40,024 nt of DNA from contig NC_069009.1 in NCBI RefSeq assembly GCF_001194135.2, forward strand, positions 8,018,211 to 8,058,234. The letters run 5' to 3'. The translations under genes were made by a program, and so were the position numbers. The stretch is from Octopus bimaculoides (taxonomy: Eukaryota). The notes below the pieces were generated by a model. The model was not told where the DNA came from and made no database searches. It worked only from the letters and a program-made list of their open reading frames with translations. Positions 22,258 through 33,397 of this stretch are shown one piece after another; position 1 is the stretch's first letter; each line of letters begins with the position of its first letter.

Positions 22258-22989
22258 ATGAAGACACCAGTCTAATTAATATAAACAATATATATATTAA
22301 TAACTTGTAGAGATGCAGTATTTTGTTATGCAAACATAATATACTATAAAGTATATTAAACGTTTTTATAAGTCAATACCAAGTACTACTGTGTTAGCAG
22401 TGCACTTTACATCATTTATTGAGGATATCTCTATAGATATATCCTATAGAAATTAAAGCCAGCACTGATTTTTGTTACAAAGTTTTGTATCCGAGATGTC
22501 AGATATAAACAAACAATGAGATCAAAGAAAAAAAAAAGGGTAATGGGTGTATATGCCATATTTCAGGAGTTTTTGCTTGTTCATCAGCAGCCATCTTACA
22601 CATTAATCATCCAAAAACTCATTGCTTAAATAGTCACTAAATACAGCTGTGTAATGTTATTGGATATACCAATTTACATATTAAATACAATCTTGGAAGC
22701 TGGTACATAAATATTGATGACACATAGGAACACAGTATTTCGTTATGCAAGCATAATCTATATATATATATAAAATCCTTTGTGTCTGTTCCCAATGTAT
22801 TCTCAAATAGCTCAACCAAATCAAATCATATTTTACATGAGACCTCAAGAGTGTCAACATGTAATTTTGGGGCATCAAAACATTGCAACATTGGCACTGG
22901 TTCCATGTTATGTCTCAAAACTCAAAGAATAAAAATGGAACCTTTGACAGAGTAAGTTATAAATAGTTTCATTTTTATATTGTTTCACT

Positions 22990-23089
22990 TTTAATACATT
23001 CACTATGTATATATATTCTTGTATGTATGTATGTATGTATGTATGTATGTATGTATATGTATATACATATATGTGTGTGTGTATATGTA

Positions 23090-23122
<33 letters not shown>

Positions 23123-23272
23123 ATCTTTGTATATATACATATGTGCATGTATATATATATAAATATATGTATGTATATATGTGTATATACATACATATAT
23201 GTATGTATAAATGTATGCATATATATGTATATATATATATATATATATATCTATATATATATATATATATAT
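22990..23272. repeat. Compound (TA)n/(GTAT)n microsatellite
   Basis: Direct reading. Confidence 0.95.
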
Positions 23273-23274
23273 TT

Positions 23275-23520
23275 CATCATCATCATCATCGTCATTTAAC
23301 GTCCGCTTTCCATGCTGACATGGGTTGGACGATTTCACTGAGGACTGGTGAACCAGATGGCTACACCAGGCTCCAGTCTGATCTGGCAAAGTTTCTACAG
23401 CTGGATGTCCTTCCTAATGCTAACCACTCCGAGAGTGTAGTGCATGCTTTTACATGCCACCAGCACAAGACCAGTCAGGCAGTTCTGGCAATGACCCCAC
23501 TCAAAAGGTGTTTTTTTACG
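23275..23520 (-). mobile_element. RTE-tail-related short element
   Basis: (CAT)n-ttaacgtccgctttccatgct...cttcctaatgctaaccactccgagag. Confidence 0.9.
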
Positions 23521-23530
23521 TACTACCCTG

Positions 23531-23550
23531 GGGTTAGGGTTAGGGTTAGG
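23531..23550 (+). repeat. Interstitial telomere-type repeat (GGGTTA)3GG
   Basis: gggttagggttagggttagg. Confidence 0.8.
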
Positions 23551-23665
23551 TACTTAAGTTGAAGCACCAAGTCAATCTGGTATTATCTGCACAGCTTGAA
23601 GTAAGGTGAATAAAACCAAAATAAGCAACAGAATATCAAGTATTTGACTCTAAAAGACCTATCTA

Positions 23666-23710
<45 letters not shown>

Positions 23711-23736
23711 ATATATATATATATATATATTTATAC

Positions 23737-23769
<33 letters not shown>

Positions 23770-23876
23770 CATATATATATATATATGTGTGTGTGTATGT
23801 ATATATTTATATATATATATATGTATCTATGTATGTATATATATATATATATATAAAATATTTTATAATTATACAC

Positions 23877-24540
23877 ATAGACCCAGGAAGACCTGGGATG
23901 AGGTGGTGAAGCATGACCTTCAAACATTAGGTCTCACTGAGGCAATGACTAGTGACCGAGACCTTTGGAAATATGGTGTGCTTAAGAAGACCCGGCAAGC
24001 CAAGTGAGACCATGACCTATGCTAGTAGTGTAACCAGCCCACTTAGGCATACCTCTCTTTCATTGGACATTAAACTCTGCTTGTGAAGACCTGTTGAGGC
24101 AAGTGAAATCAGAATCAAATTTGATGACAGCACTGCATGAGTGGCATCCGTGCTAGTGGAGCGCTTAGAGCACCATCCGAGTGTGATCGTTACCAGCATT
24201 GCCTTACTGGCACTTGTGCCGGTGGTACGTGGAAAACAACATTCGAGCGAGTGCATTGCCAGTGCCGCTGGACTGGCTCCTGTGCAGGTGACACATAAAA
24301 AACACCATTTGAGCATGGCTGTTGCCAGTACCGCCTGACTGGCCCTCATGCCGGTGGCACATAAAAGCACCCATTACACTCTCGGAGTGGTTGGCATTAG
24401 GAAGGGCATCCAGCTGTAGAAACTCTGCCAGATCAGATTAGAACCTGGTTCAGCCATCTGGCTCACTAGACTCCAGTCAAACCATCCAACTCATGCCAGC
24501 ATGGAAAGTGGACGTTAAATGATGATGATGATGATGATGA
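23877..24540 (+). mobile_element. RTE LINE 3' end ([10 protein letters not shown]...*) with a long, internally repeated 3' UTR and (GAT)n tail
   Basis: C-terminal peptide matches the element at 10132-13080; three ~66-bp hairpin-bearing repeats in the UTR. Confidence 0.92.
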
Positions 24541-25002
24541 TACATAATTATAACAAGGGATTGGCTATATACCTCACCACGCACTGTAAAAATAGATGCC
24601 AAAAGACACTATTACCACCTTAAAATCTCAGAGAATAACACACTACATTTTAGGCTAGCAAAAGAAAGAAAATGAATCAAAAACTTTGGTTAGGTATTTC
24701 TACGACTGTGGATGGATATTAGTTATACGATGTCGCACTTCGTATGTATATTTTGAGATACTCGTAAATTTATGCTATGGAATACCGTTGTTGCTGATAG
24801 TAATGGGTAATATTTTTATACTTTAAGCTTGAAATGAGATCTTGTACGCAGCAAACCAAAGTGTTTGATTCATTTTCTTTCTTTCGCTAGCCTAAAATGT
24901 GGTATGTTATTCTCAGAGATTTTAAGGTGCTAGTGTATTTTGGCATCTATTTTTACAGTTGCGTGGGGAGGCATATAGCCAATCCCTTGTTATAATTATG
25001 TA
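24541..25002. mobile_element. MITE/foldback element with ~150-bp TIRs (24541-24691 / 24854-25002)
   Basis: tacataattataacaagggattggctatat... matches the rc of the right end at about 90% by eye. Confidence 0.93.
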
Positions 25003-25095
25003 TATAATTATAAAGTATTTTGTAAAATTTACCTATGAGGTTTTTATTTCCATGCTGACCACCTGGTAAAATATATTTAATGATTTTTACCCTTT

Positions 25096-25130
<35 letters not shown>

Positions 25131-25134
25131 CTCT

Positions 25135-25232
25135 TTACTCACTCTTTTACTCCTTTACTTGTTTCAGTCATTTGACTGCGGCCATGCTGGAGCACCGCAT
25201 TTTAGTCAAGCAAATCGACTCCAGAACTTATC
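25135..25232 (-). mobile_element. SINE family A 3'-terminal fragment
   Basis: tgtttcagtcatttgactgcggccatgctggagcaccgc. Confidence 0.85.
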
Positions 25233-25268
<36 letters not shown>

Positions 25269-25297
25269 CAAAATAAGCAACATGATATCAAGAAGTG

Positions 25298-25385
25298 ATG
25301 CAGTACAACCGTTTCAAGTGGCTCCATTTAATTGAACAATTCAACCATTACATCAATTTAAATGCAGGGCTATCATCAGCTGCAT
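25298..25385 (-). ncRNA. Type I hammerhead ribozyme motif (PLE-like remnant)
   Basis: rc: atgcag-CTGATGA-[long hairpin catttaaattga/tcaattaaatg]-GAAA-cggttg-TA-ctgcat; perfect 6-bp stem I. Confidence 0.82.
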
Positions 25386-25739
25386 AAATAAATAAAATTT
25401 TTATCAGTCAGACTCATTAATATAATTTTACTCAAATACTTTAACAGAGGACTGAACCTGTGGTTGAGAAACTACGCTGGGGGACTGACCATGTGGTTGA
25501 GAAACTAGCTGCTTACCACACAGCCTCACCTGCACCAATATATATATATTGAAGTTGTATCTCAAAGAGGGAGATATGCAGTTGAAATATACTAGGTGCT
25601 TATGTAGGCAGGGGCGAGGTGTTTAAGCAGAAGATATTTGAATGAAGGAAAACGAGAACGGTAATGGTGAAGTGAGAAGGTAGGAATTACCAAGTCAGCA
25701 CAGTCAGGAAAGGGTGAGGGACGAGAGAGAAATTTTAAT

Positions 25740-25978
25740 GTATTTTTTTCTTTTATCTTTAACTTGTTTCAGTCATTTGACTGTGGCCATGCTGGAGCAC
25801 CACCTTGAAGAATTTTAGTCGAATAAATAGACTCCCAAGACTTCTTCTTTGTAAGCCTAGTACTTATTCTAGTGGTCTCTTTTGGCAAACCGCCAGGTTA
25901 CAGGGATGTAAACACACCATCACTGGTTGTCAAGTAGTGATAGGGGGACAAACACAGACATACGGACACACTACATAG

Positions 25979-26012
<34 letters not shown>

Positions 26013-26170
26013 GATAGGCTTCTTTCAGTTTCCACCTACTAAATTCACTCACAAGGCCTTGGTTAGCCCGAGGCTATAGTAGAAGACACTTACTCAAGGT
26101 GTCACACAGTGGAACTGAACCCGGAACCATGTGGTTGAGAAATAAGCTCCTTACCACACAGTCATACCTA
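25740..26170 (-). mobile_element. SINE family A, complete
   Basis: Both modules in canonical order. Confidence 0.9.
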
Positions 26171-26211
26171 AAGATATCAATATTGATATCTTTTATAAAG
26201 TATTTACTATG

Positions 26212-26345
26212 CGCAAGCATGGCTGTGTGGTAAGAAGCTTGCTTCCTAACCACATTGTTCTGGGTTCACTCCCACTGTGTGGCACCTTGGGCAAGTGTCT
26301 TCTACTATAGCCTTGGGCTGACCAAACTCTTGGGAGTGGATTTTG
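26212..26345 (+). mobile_element. SINE family A 5' module abutting the Helitron fragment
   Basis: ggctgtgtggtaagaagcttgcttcc...gagtggattt. Confidence 0.9.
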
Positions 26346-26349
26346 TATG

Positions 26350-27392
26350 TTTTGTCATTATTCCTTTTATATCTTGTCAATTCATGATGAGATACAGTTG
26401 TAAACATTTGGTTCTTCTGAAAGTGACTGAAAGGGTCCAGCTCTATGATACATTTGCTCTTGGATCTTGAAAATGGACATAAAACCATCTTCATGGATGA
26501 CAGCACCAAATAATGTCATTTGGAAAGCATCATTATAATTCTAGATATTTTGAAGTGTCTTGATTCAGTAGTTGTACCAATCAGCAGTTCCCTCAAGGCC
26601 TCTGGTGATTCAGATAATAGTTTCAACTTGATCTTTCCCTTTGAACAGCATAATCCAGGTGACTCACCATTCCATTTTTAAGCCCCACAAATCGAACAAA
26701 ACTTGTTCATTGAGGACATTTGGTTTTGGATTATAACTAAAACAGCAGAATTCCACTCAGCAACTTTTTAAAACTGTAATTCTTCTGTTTTCGCTCTCTA
26801 TTCACTTAGCCTTTGAATTATTTGAGCTTCATTTCTTCAAGCTGTCTTTGAGCTGCTCTGTTTCTCTCCATTTAATAGTCTTAATGATTTTCTTGCTTTT
26901 GATTCTACATCATGATAATTTTTCTTCTTAATCCTATTATCAACAAGTCCCTTGCAGCATTGCTCATCTGATTCATCCTGTAGATTTTGTGCACTTCTTA
27001 TCCTTCATTCTCAAATCCTCAATGCTCTTTGTACATCTGATTCATCTTGCCAATTTTGTGCACTTCTTATCCTTTGTTCTTGAAGTCTTAATCATCTTAG
27101 TACATCTGATTGACCCCCTCTTATTTACACTGTTCTAATTCTTTGGTATTAAACTCAAGATGATCTTTGTACATCTGGTTTCTTTTGACAAATAGTTGTT
27201 TTCTTTATCCTATCATCAGTGAGCCTTTTTGATCTTTGTTTTTCTGATTCGTTTTGCCCATATTTCTCTCTTCTTTCTTCTTGTTTCTGGAGTCTTTCTT
27301 GTTGCAATTGTTAAGTTCCATTCTCCCTTTGTAGCTGCTTTTCCAGAGCTTTTGGGGTCTTTCTCACAAATGAAGGTGTACTCATCAGTGGC
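26350..27392 (-). mobile_element. Helitron RepHel N-terminal pseudogene fragment: charged 23-aa repeats plus Cys-rich region
   Basis: rc reads FCSICGA*KWNGESPGLCCSKGKIKL...PEALRELL...YNDAFQMTLFGA...GFMSIFKIQEQMYHRAG, typical of the Helitron region upstream of the Rep motifs; 69-bp repeats at 26965-27180. Confidence 0.9.
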
Positions 27393-27871
27393 ATTTCTTC
27401 TTCAGGTTTATTAATGTCACTATTATTTATCTGAACAACATAGAAGGGCAGAATTCTGGCTTAAGCACCCCATATAACCACTATTTTATTTTTGAGAATT
27501 TTATGAAAATATTTGCAATTTTGTGTTCTACACACAGGAATTCATACGATTCTGAAAAAAAAAAAAATTTATTTTTGACCCCATCCCTTTTTATCCCAAA
27601 AGTTGAACTCCTTTTGAATTTTTCTAAAAAATTAATTTCAAATACAAACAGTTCAAATCTTTTGCTTAAATCCAGAAATGAATCATCTTTGGGTGCATCA
27701 TCATTTCATTAAATATGTTTTTGGAAAGAAAAATACTGAGAACCATCAATACATGTCACAGTGACAAAGGAATAAGGAATGTGATGTGCTAAAAACAATA
27801 GCTAAATCACCCTTAACTCACATACACACAAGAAAAATTTTGCATTATCATGTGAATTCTCATGTATGTAT

Positions 27872-28183
27872 CATTCAACTATGGTAGCAGTTGAATAATA
27901 TTCTTAAGGCCGCAATTTACTCACATGCAGCATCTTTCAGAGCTTCTTGCTAATTCAGTTCTTAACCAAATTGGAAACTGTTAACATTTTCGAAGAGGAC
28001 TGATCCCTATCTATATTTTGGCATAAAAAATTGAGATTTGGTCTAGTAGAAAAAAGATTACATCAAAATTTGTAGCAACGTTATAGGAGAGTAAATAACG
28101 CCTCCAATCAAGTTTAGATCTAAATAATTTTTTTATTTTAAAAGCAAAATATATTTATCTTAGCTTCAATGATAGAAGAAAGC
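27872..28183 (+). repeat. Direct repeat, copy 1 (copy 2 at 29111-29328 with an ~85-bp internal deletion)
   Basis: gttgaataatattcttaaggc...ctaattcagttcttaaccaaattg...ctccaatcaagtttagatct...aaagcaaaatatatttatcttagctt. Confidence 0.9.
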
Positions 28184-28439
28184 TTGAGGAATTTCATAGT
28201 TTTGGTCCCATGCAACAAAAACCTGTATCAAAAAAAGTTGTGAGGTAAAATATGATGAAAAAATATATAAGTAAGGCAAAAAATTGGATTTAAGTATAAC
28301 TGAGTTTTTTTATTTTAAAAATAAACTATATTTTAATTCAGCTTGAATGATAGAGCTCAATAAAGTCTTAAAAGAATAAAGTTATGAGTGTTTGTTTCTC
28401 AAATTTGAGGGTGATAATATAGTTCTATACTTTTTTATG

Positions 28440-28604
28440 AATATAGGCACAGGTGTGGATGTGTGGTAAGTAGCTTACTTACCAGCCACTAGGTTCTGGG
28501 TTCGGTCCTACTGTGTGACACCTTGGGCAAGTGTCTTCTACAATAGCCTCAGGCCGACCAAAGCCTTATGCGTGGATTTGGTAGGTGGAAACTGAAAAGA
28601 AGCC

Positions 28605-28668
<64 letters not shown>

Positions 28669-28890
28669 GTATGTGTGTGTGTGTATGTATGTTTGTGTGT
28701 CTGTGTTTTTCCCCTCCAACATTGCTGGTGCGTTTATGTCCCCATAACTTAGCTGTTCAGCAAAAGAGGCCGATAGAATAAGTACTAGGCTTACAAAGAA
28801 TAAGTCCTTGGGTCGATTTGCTCAACTAAAGATTGTGTTCCAGCATGGCCACAGTCAAATGACTGAAACAAGTACAAGAATAAAAGAATA
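28440..28890 (+). mobile_element. SINE family A, complete
   Basis: Head, microsatellite and 3' module. Confidence 0.9.
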
Positions 28891-29110
28891 ATTCTATATG
28901 GGGACTTTTAATATATGTCACCAACATCATTGAGGTGAATAAAAAATTATCAACGACACTGCTCATTTGCAATTAGTTTAATTACGTCATTTGTATTAAT
29001 TAATGCAATTATATCATGTAAACACAGTCCCGTTATATGAGACGAGAAACAGAATCATAGTAGTTTACATTGACAGGAATTTCTCAGTTCTTAAGATTTC
29101 TCAACGAATT

Positions 29111-29328
29111 ATTCAATTATGTTAGAAGTTGAATAATATTCTTAAGGCTGCAATCAGCATCTTTCTGAGTTTTGTCGCTAATTCAGTTCTTAACCAAATT
29201 GAAAACCTTAATATTTTTGAAGAGGACTGGTCCCTGTAAGTAACACCTCCAATCAAGTTTAGATCTGAATAACATTTTTATTTTAAAAGCAAAATATATT
29301 TATCTTAGCTTAAATTATAGAAGAAAGC
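29111..29328 (+). repeat. Direct repeat, copy 2
   Basis: See 27872-28183. Confidence 0.9.
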
Positions 29329-29399
29329 ATAAGGTAAAATCTTAAATCATTAATTGACACATTATTAATTAGCATAATAGCATAACCTGGAAAAAACAT

Positions 29400-30177
29400 G
29401 AATTACATGGAAAAATTCAAGCAAGAGAAATAATATTACATCTGGTAAAGTACAGAACAAGAAAATTTTTACTTGAAATATTGCAGCTAAGGCTAAAATT
29501 TGAATATCAAAACTTATTTGATTTTAATTTACAAAATAACATTATAATTAAAAAAAGGTACATTCATTTTGGTAAAATATTGACACACGGAAATACCAAT
29601 ATAGCTAAAGTTTTATGCAAAGTAGAATAGTATATATATGGAAGGAAAATTCATTATGTAAAAAATAGACATTGGGTCAAGACTAAAAATGTGAAGATTT
29701 GGCAATAACTTAGGCAATAGCTCAAGGAAATTTTACTGCAAATTTGTTGTTATAAGTAGATTTTACTCTAATATATAGCTAATTTTATTTTTTGTGCTAA
29801 CTAATTATGTACTACTATTTTTATAACCTATTTTCAAATTTCTAATTATCAATTAATAATTAAAAAAATGAATTCTTTTAAAGTGCAAAAAATATTTTAA
29901 TTTAGTTATTTTTCATTTTTAATAGAAGTAACAAATAATAACAAATAAAAGTAATAACTTGTAATAAAATTTTTAGTCTTAATAAAAGGTAATACTTTCT
30001 AAATATAAATATTTTATCCTCTGCTGCAATATTTTAAGTAAAAATTTTCTTGTTCTGTACTTTACCAGATGTAATAACTTGTCCAGAACTTTTCCAAGTG
30101 TAATAACTTGTCCTGTAATTTTCCAGGTTTATAATCATAAGAATATTATTTCTCTTGCTCACATTTTTCCATGTAAT
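29400..30177. repeat. AT-rich foldback/MITE-like element; inverted ends 29400-29487 and 30023-30177
   Basis: attacatctggtaaagtacagaacaagaaaatttttactt..aatattgcagc matches the rc of 30023-30075. Confidence 0.8.
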
Positions 30178-30219
30178 GTAAATACACATGGACATGCATA
30201 TATATATATATATATATAA

Positions 30220-30517
30220 NNNNNNNNNNNNNNNNNNNNNNNNNNNNNNNNNNNNNNNNNNNNNNNNNNNNNNNNNNNNNNNNNNNNNNNNNNNNNNNNN
30301 NNNNNNNNNNNNNNNNNNNNNNNNNNNNNNNNNNNNNNNNNNNNNNNNNNNNNNNNNNNNNNNNNNNNNNNNNNNNNNNNNNNNNNNNNNNNNNNNNNNN
30401 NNNNNNNNNNNNNNNNNNNNNNNNNNNNNNNNNNNNNNNNNNNNNNNNNNNNNNNNNNNNNNNNNNNNNNNNNNNNNNNNNNNNNNNNNNNNNNNNNNNN
30501 NNNNNNNNNNNNNNNNN
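30220..30517. other. Assembly gap
   Basis: N run. Confidence 1.
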
Positions 30518-30519
30518 AA

Positions 30520-31500
30520 AGGTAAAGAACAAAAAGTAAACACCAAAAGCATTGTCTCTAAGTCCAGTTCATATTCAAATTTCTCCTTAAATAACTCGTT
30601 AAATAAATTCCTCCTTAAATAAAGGTCCGTTAAAGGCAGAAAACCCCTCATAATATTATTAATAAATTATAAACAATCACATATTACAATGGAAATCTAT
30701 ATTATATTATCTCTAAAAGCTTTAGCAAAAAAACACAACTGCTATTGGTAAATTATACATTGATATGGCCTGCCTTAAGACCTAATATTATACTATGATA
30801 TACTATAATAACAGGTCATACTGCAATTTATAACTCATTTAAACCAGAGAAACGTGTGTCTTGGATAATGCGTACATCTTAGAGCATTATTTGTTAGTTT
30901 ATTTATCAACTTGCTCTTAGAGAATAATATAAAATATAGTTCTAAATTACATAACGAACAATATCTCCTACCTTTGTCATACGGGAAGGACCTCCCAATG
31001 ATTGACCATTCTAACGAATATTGCTTTTTTTGTTCTTTCAGTTCCCAAATGAAATTACTAAGACTAGTACTTGCTATTTTACTTCATCTCTAAAGGTACT
31101 ATAATGATTAGATAATCTTTTACAGATTTGTCCCGAAGTACACCCCAGGTATCGGCTAACATCTGTCTGAGTCCTTACCTTACATTGATAAACTACATTT
31201 CTAACTTCAATCTTCTGGGGTTGACCTCTGTTACTGCAATCATATTCCGATTATTATTACTATTATTGTTATTATTATTATCATTTATATCAGGGTTCAT
31301 ATCGCTATCCTCCTCAATTCCTTTTGATTTAAGTATTTTAGAATTATGAGCTGCAATTATTTGGGCTAAGTTCATAGTGTTTGAAAAACCAAATCTAATG
31401 GTGTGTGTATTAATAATTTTACCATAGTGTGAATTCTTTGGGAAATATCTGCTTATCACCTCTCTAAACTGCAATCAAGTTAGAAATCTCCTCTTTAGCT
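30520..31500 (-). mobile_element. Penelope-like element 1, 3' part: linker + GIY-YIG endonuclease (stop 30835-30837) + AT-rich tail
   Basis: rc: FREVISRYFPKNSHYGKIINTHTIRFGFSNTMNLAQIIAAHNSKIL; NVVYQCKVRTQTDVSRYLGCTSG...RLSNHYSTFR; SLSNFIWELKE...WSII...PYDKGRRYCSLCNLE...LINK. The left boundary of the tail is uncertain. Confidence 0.92.
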
Positions 31501-31504
31501 CTAG

Positions 31505-33350
31505 GGGAGCAAGCAGCTATACACTAGACAGGCTTAGGAAAGACTTAATCACTATGCTTGCCTACATGAGATTGAAAATTACCATAGAGACCAACCTCAC
31601 AACAGTGGACTTCTTAGATGTTACACTTGCCTGAGGCCCTACCACAAATCAGACAAGAGTCTAACATACATCAACACAGCCTCCCATCACTCAGCCATCA
31701 TGTTCAAGAACCTGATGCAGGGTGTTAGAGGATTTCAAGCCTTTCGTCTAACCAAGAGGCCTTTGACGCAACGGCCCTGTACTATAATGAGGCCCTAACT
31801 GCCAGTGGGTTTAGAGACTGCATCTCTGGTATGCTGGAACCCAACAGCTGCAGAAGGAAGTGCCACAGAAATACAATTTGGTTTTCCCCCTCTTCTCCCT
31901 TAGCACAATAACACCCATAGTTAGACTATTCCTTAAATTAATAGACAAACACTTCACAAGCTCCCATAGGTATGGGCCAATTTTCAACAGGCATGCCCCC
32001 AATACGAAGAGCATCCTAGTTAGCACCTCTAAGCCACAGGAAGAGGCAGGTTGTTTATGCAGGAACCACAACAGTTCCCTGGTAGGAGGCCACTGCGAAA
32101 CCAAAGGAGTCGTCTATCAAGCCAAAGTACAAGTGAACATTGCCAATACCACCGGCAGAAGCAATAGCAGTTGTAGGCACACAAGAACAGAGCCAACAAC
32201 ACCACCGTCATCACTGCAGTGGACAGCATTAGCAACGTCAACAATAACAGCACCACTGACAACACTGACAACACAACAACAGCAACATTGCAATCAACAC
32301 TAGCCTTACCAGTAGCTTCCCTGATGTCTACTGTAGCAGACCTGACAGCCCCTATATTATCAGCAGAAACAGGTCCAGTACCATCACCAGCTATAGCAGC
32401 AAGAACAGCAATGGCAGCGGCAGCAGCCCTAGCAGAAGCACCAGCATAAACACTGCTAATGACACTTCTAGCAGCAGTGGCAGCTCCCCCACCATCAGTG
32501 AAGAGCACAATAATAACACTAATAACAACAACAATAACTACAATATTAACAACAACAGTGCTTTCTCCATAACCGACAGTGATGATAGCATTACTAATGC
32601 CACCCCCACCCCCACCATCCCACCATAGCCAACACCAACACCAGCAGCCCCACCTCTAGGATCAACAACATCAGCACCGTCAACAATGGCAGCAACAGCA
32701 AGAGCAATAACAGTAACAGGTGCAGCACTGACAACATGCATCCATGGAAATACATTAGATGTACTGGGAATTCTCTCAGGGCAATGCATTTCCAACCATA
32801 AATCCTTCTTCAGGGTCCCAGAAAGGAGATACAAAACATCACTGGCCAGTCACGTTTGGCAACTAAGAGACAACAGAATCCCACTCTCGATCTCATGGAA
32901 AATCCTCAAAAACCTAGGCCCCTACATCAACAGAACAAAGTGCTGCAAGTTACGCAGAGCTGAACTTGCAAGAATTCTAAAAGACTTGCTCGAGTCAGAG
33001 AGCATCCTTAACTCCAGAACAGAGGTTTTCAAACCATATTTGCTTTTTAGGAAATTCCTGCTAGCGTTTTGGTATCCACAAGATGGTGGCACAGCTAGTA
33101 GTGAAGGGAGATAATCCCCTCTTTGTTTACCTTCGTAGTATTTTGGAGACCACAAGATGGTGGCACAGCTGGAAGTCAATAGTCAACAGCCAATGGCAAA
33201 GGGAGATAATTCCCTTGTTTACATTCATAATGAGGCCTTTCCCCCTCCATACTTTGAAGACATCTTAGGCCAACAGGTTATGGGGTCTGATGATTATGCC
33301 ATAAAGTTAAACCCTTTATGGATGGAAAACCTAGGGTAATCCCCTAAACC
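31505..33350 (+). mobile_element. Penelope-like element 2, 3' part: RT thumb, linker, split GIY-YIG, terminal repeat region with HHR
   Basis: TVDFLDVTL, RPYHK...YINTAS, ISSLSSNQEAF, NTIWFSP, LFLKLIDKHF, CLCRNH...GGHCETKGVVYQAKV, then KYIRCTGNS, SNHKSFFR...TSLASHVWQLRD...WKILK...PY...LNSRTE. Confidence 0.92.
33276..33350 (+). ncRNA. Type I hammerhead ribozyme motif at the 3' end of PLE 2
   Basis: ggttatggggt-CTGATGA(33287-93)-..ccataaag/ctttatgg..-GAAAacc-tag-ggTA-atcccctaaacc. Confidence 0.75.
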
Positions 33351-33363
33351 AGCCTTCCCCAGT

Positions 33364-33396
<33 letters not shown>

Positions 33397-33397
<1 letters not shown>

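Noticed and set aside
22908-23856. Tyr/Ile/His-rich ORFs
   Set aside because: Translations of (TA)n/(GTAT)n microsatellites.
32029-32834. Minus-strand Ala/Val-rich ORFs resembling membrane proteins
   Set aside because: Antisense shadow of the low-complexity PLE insert.
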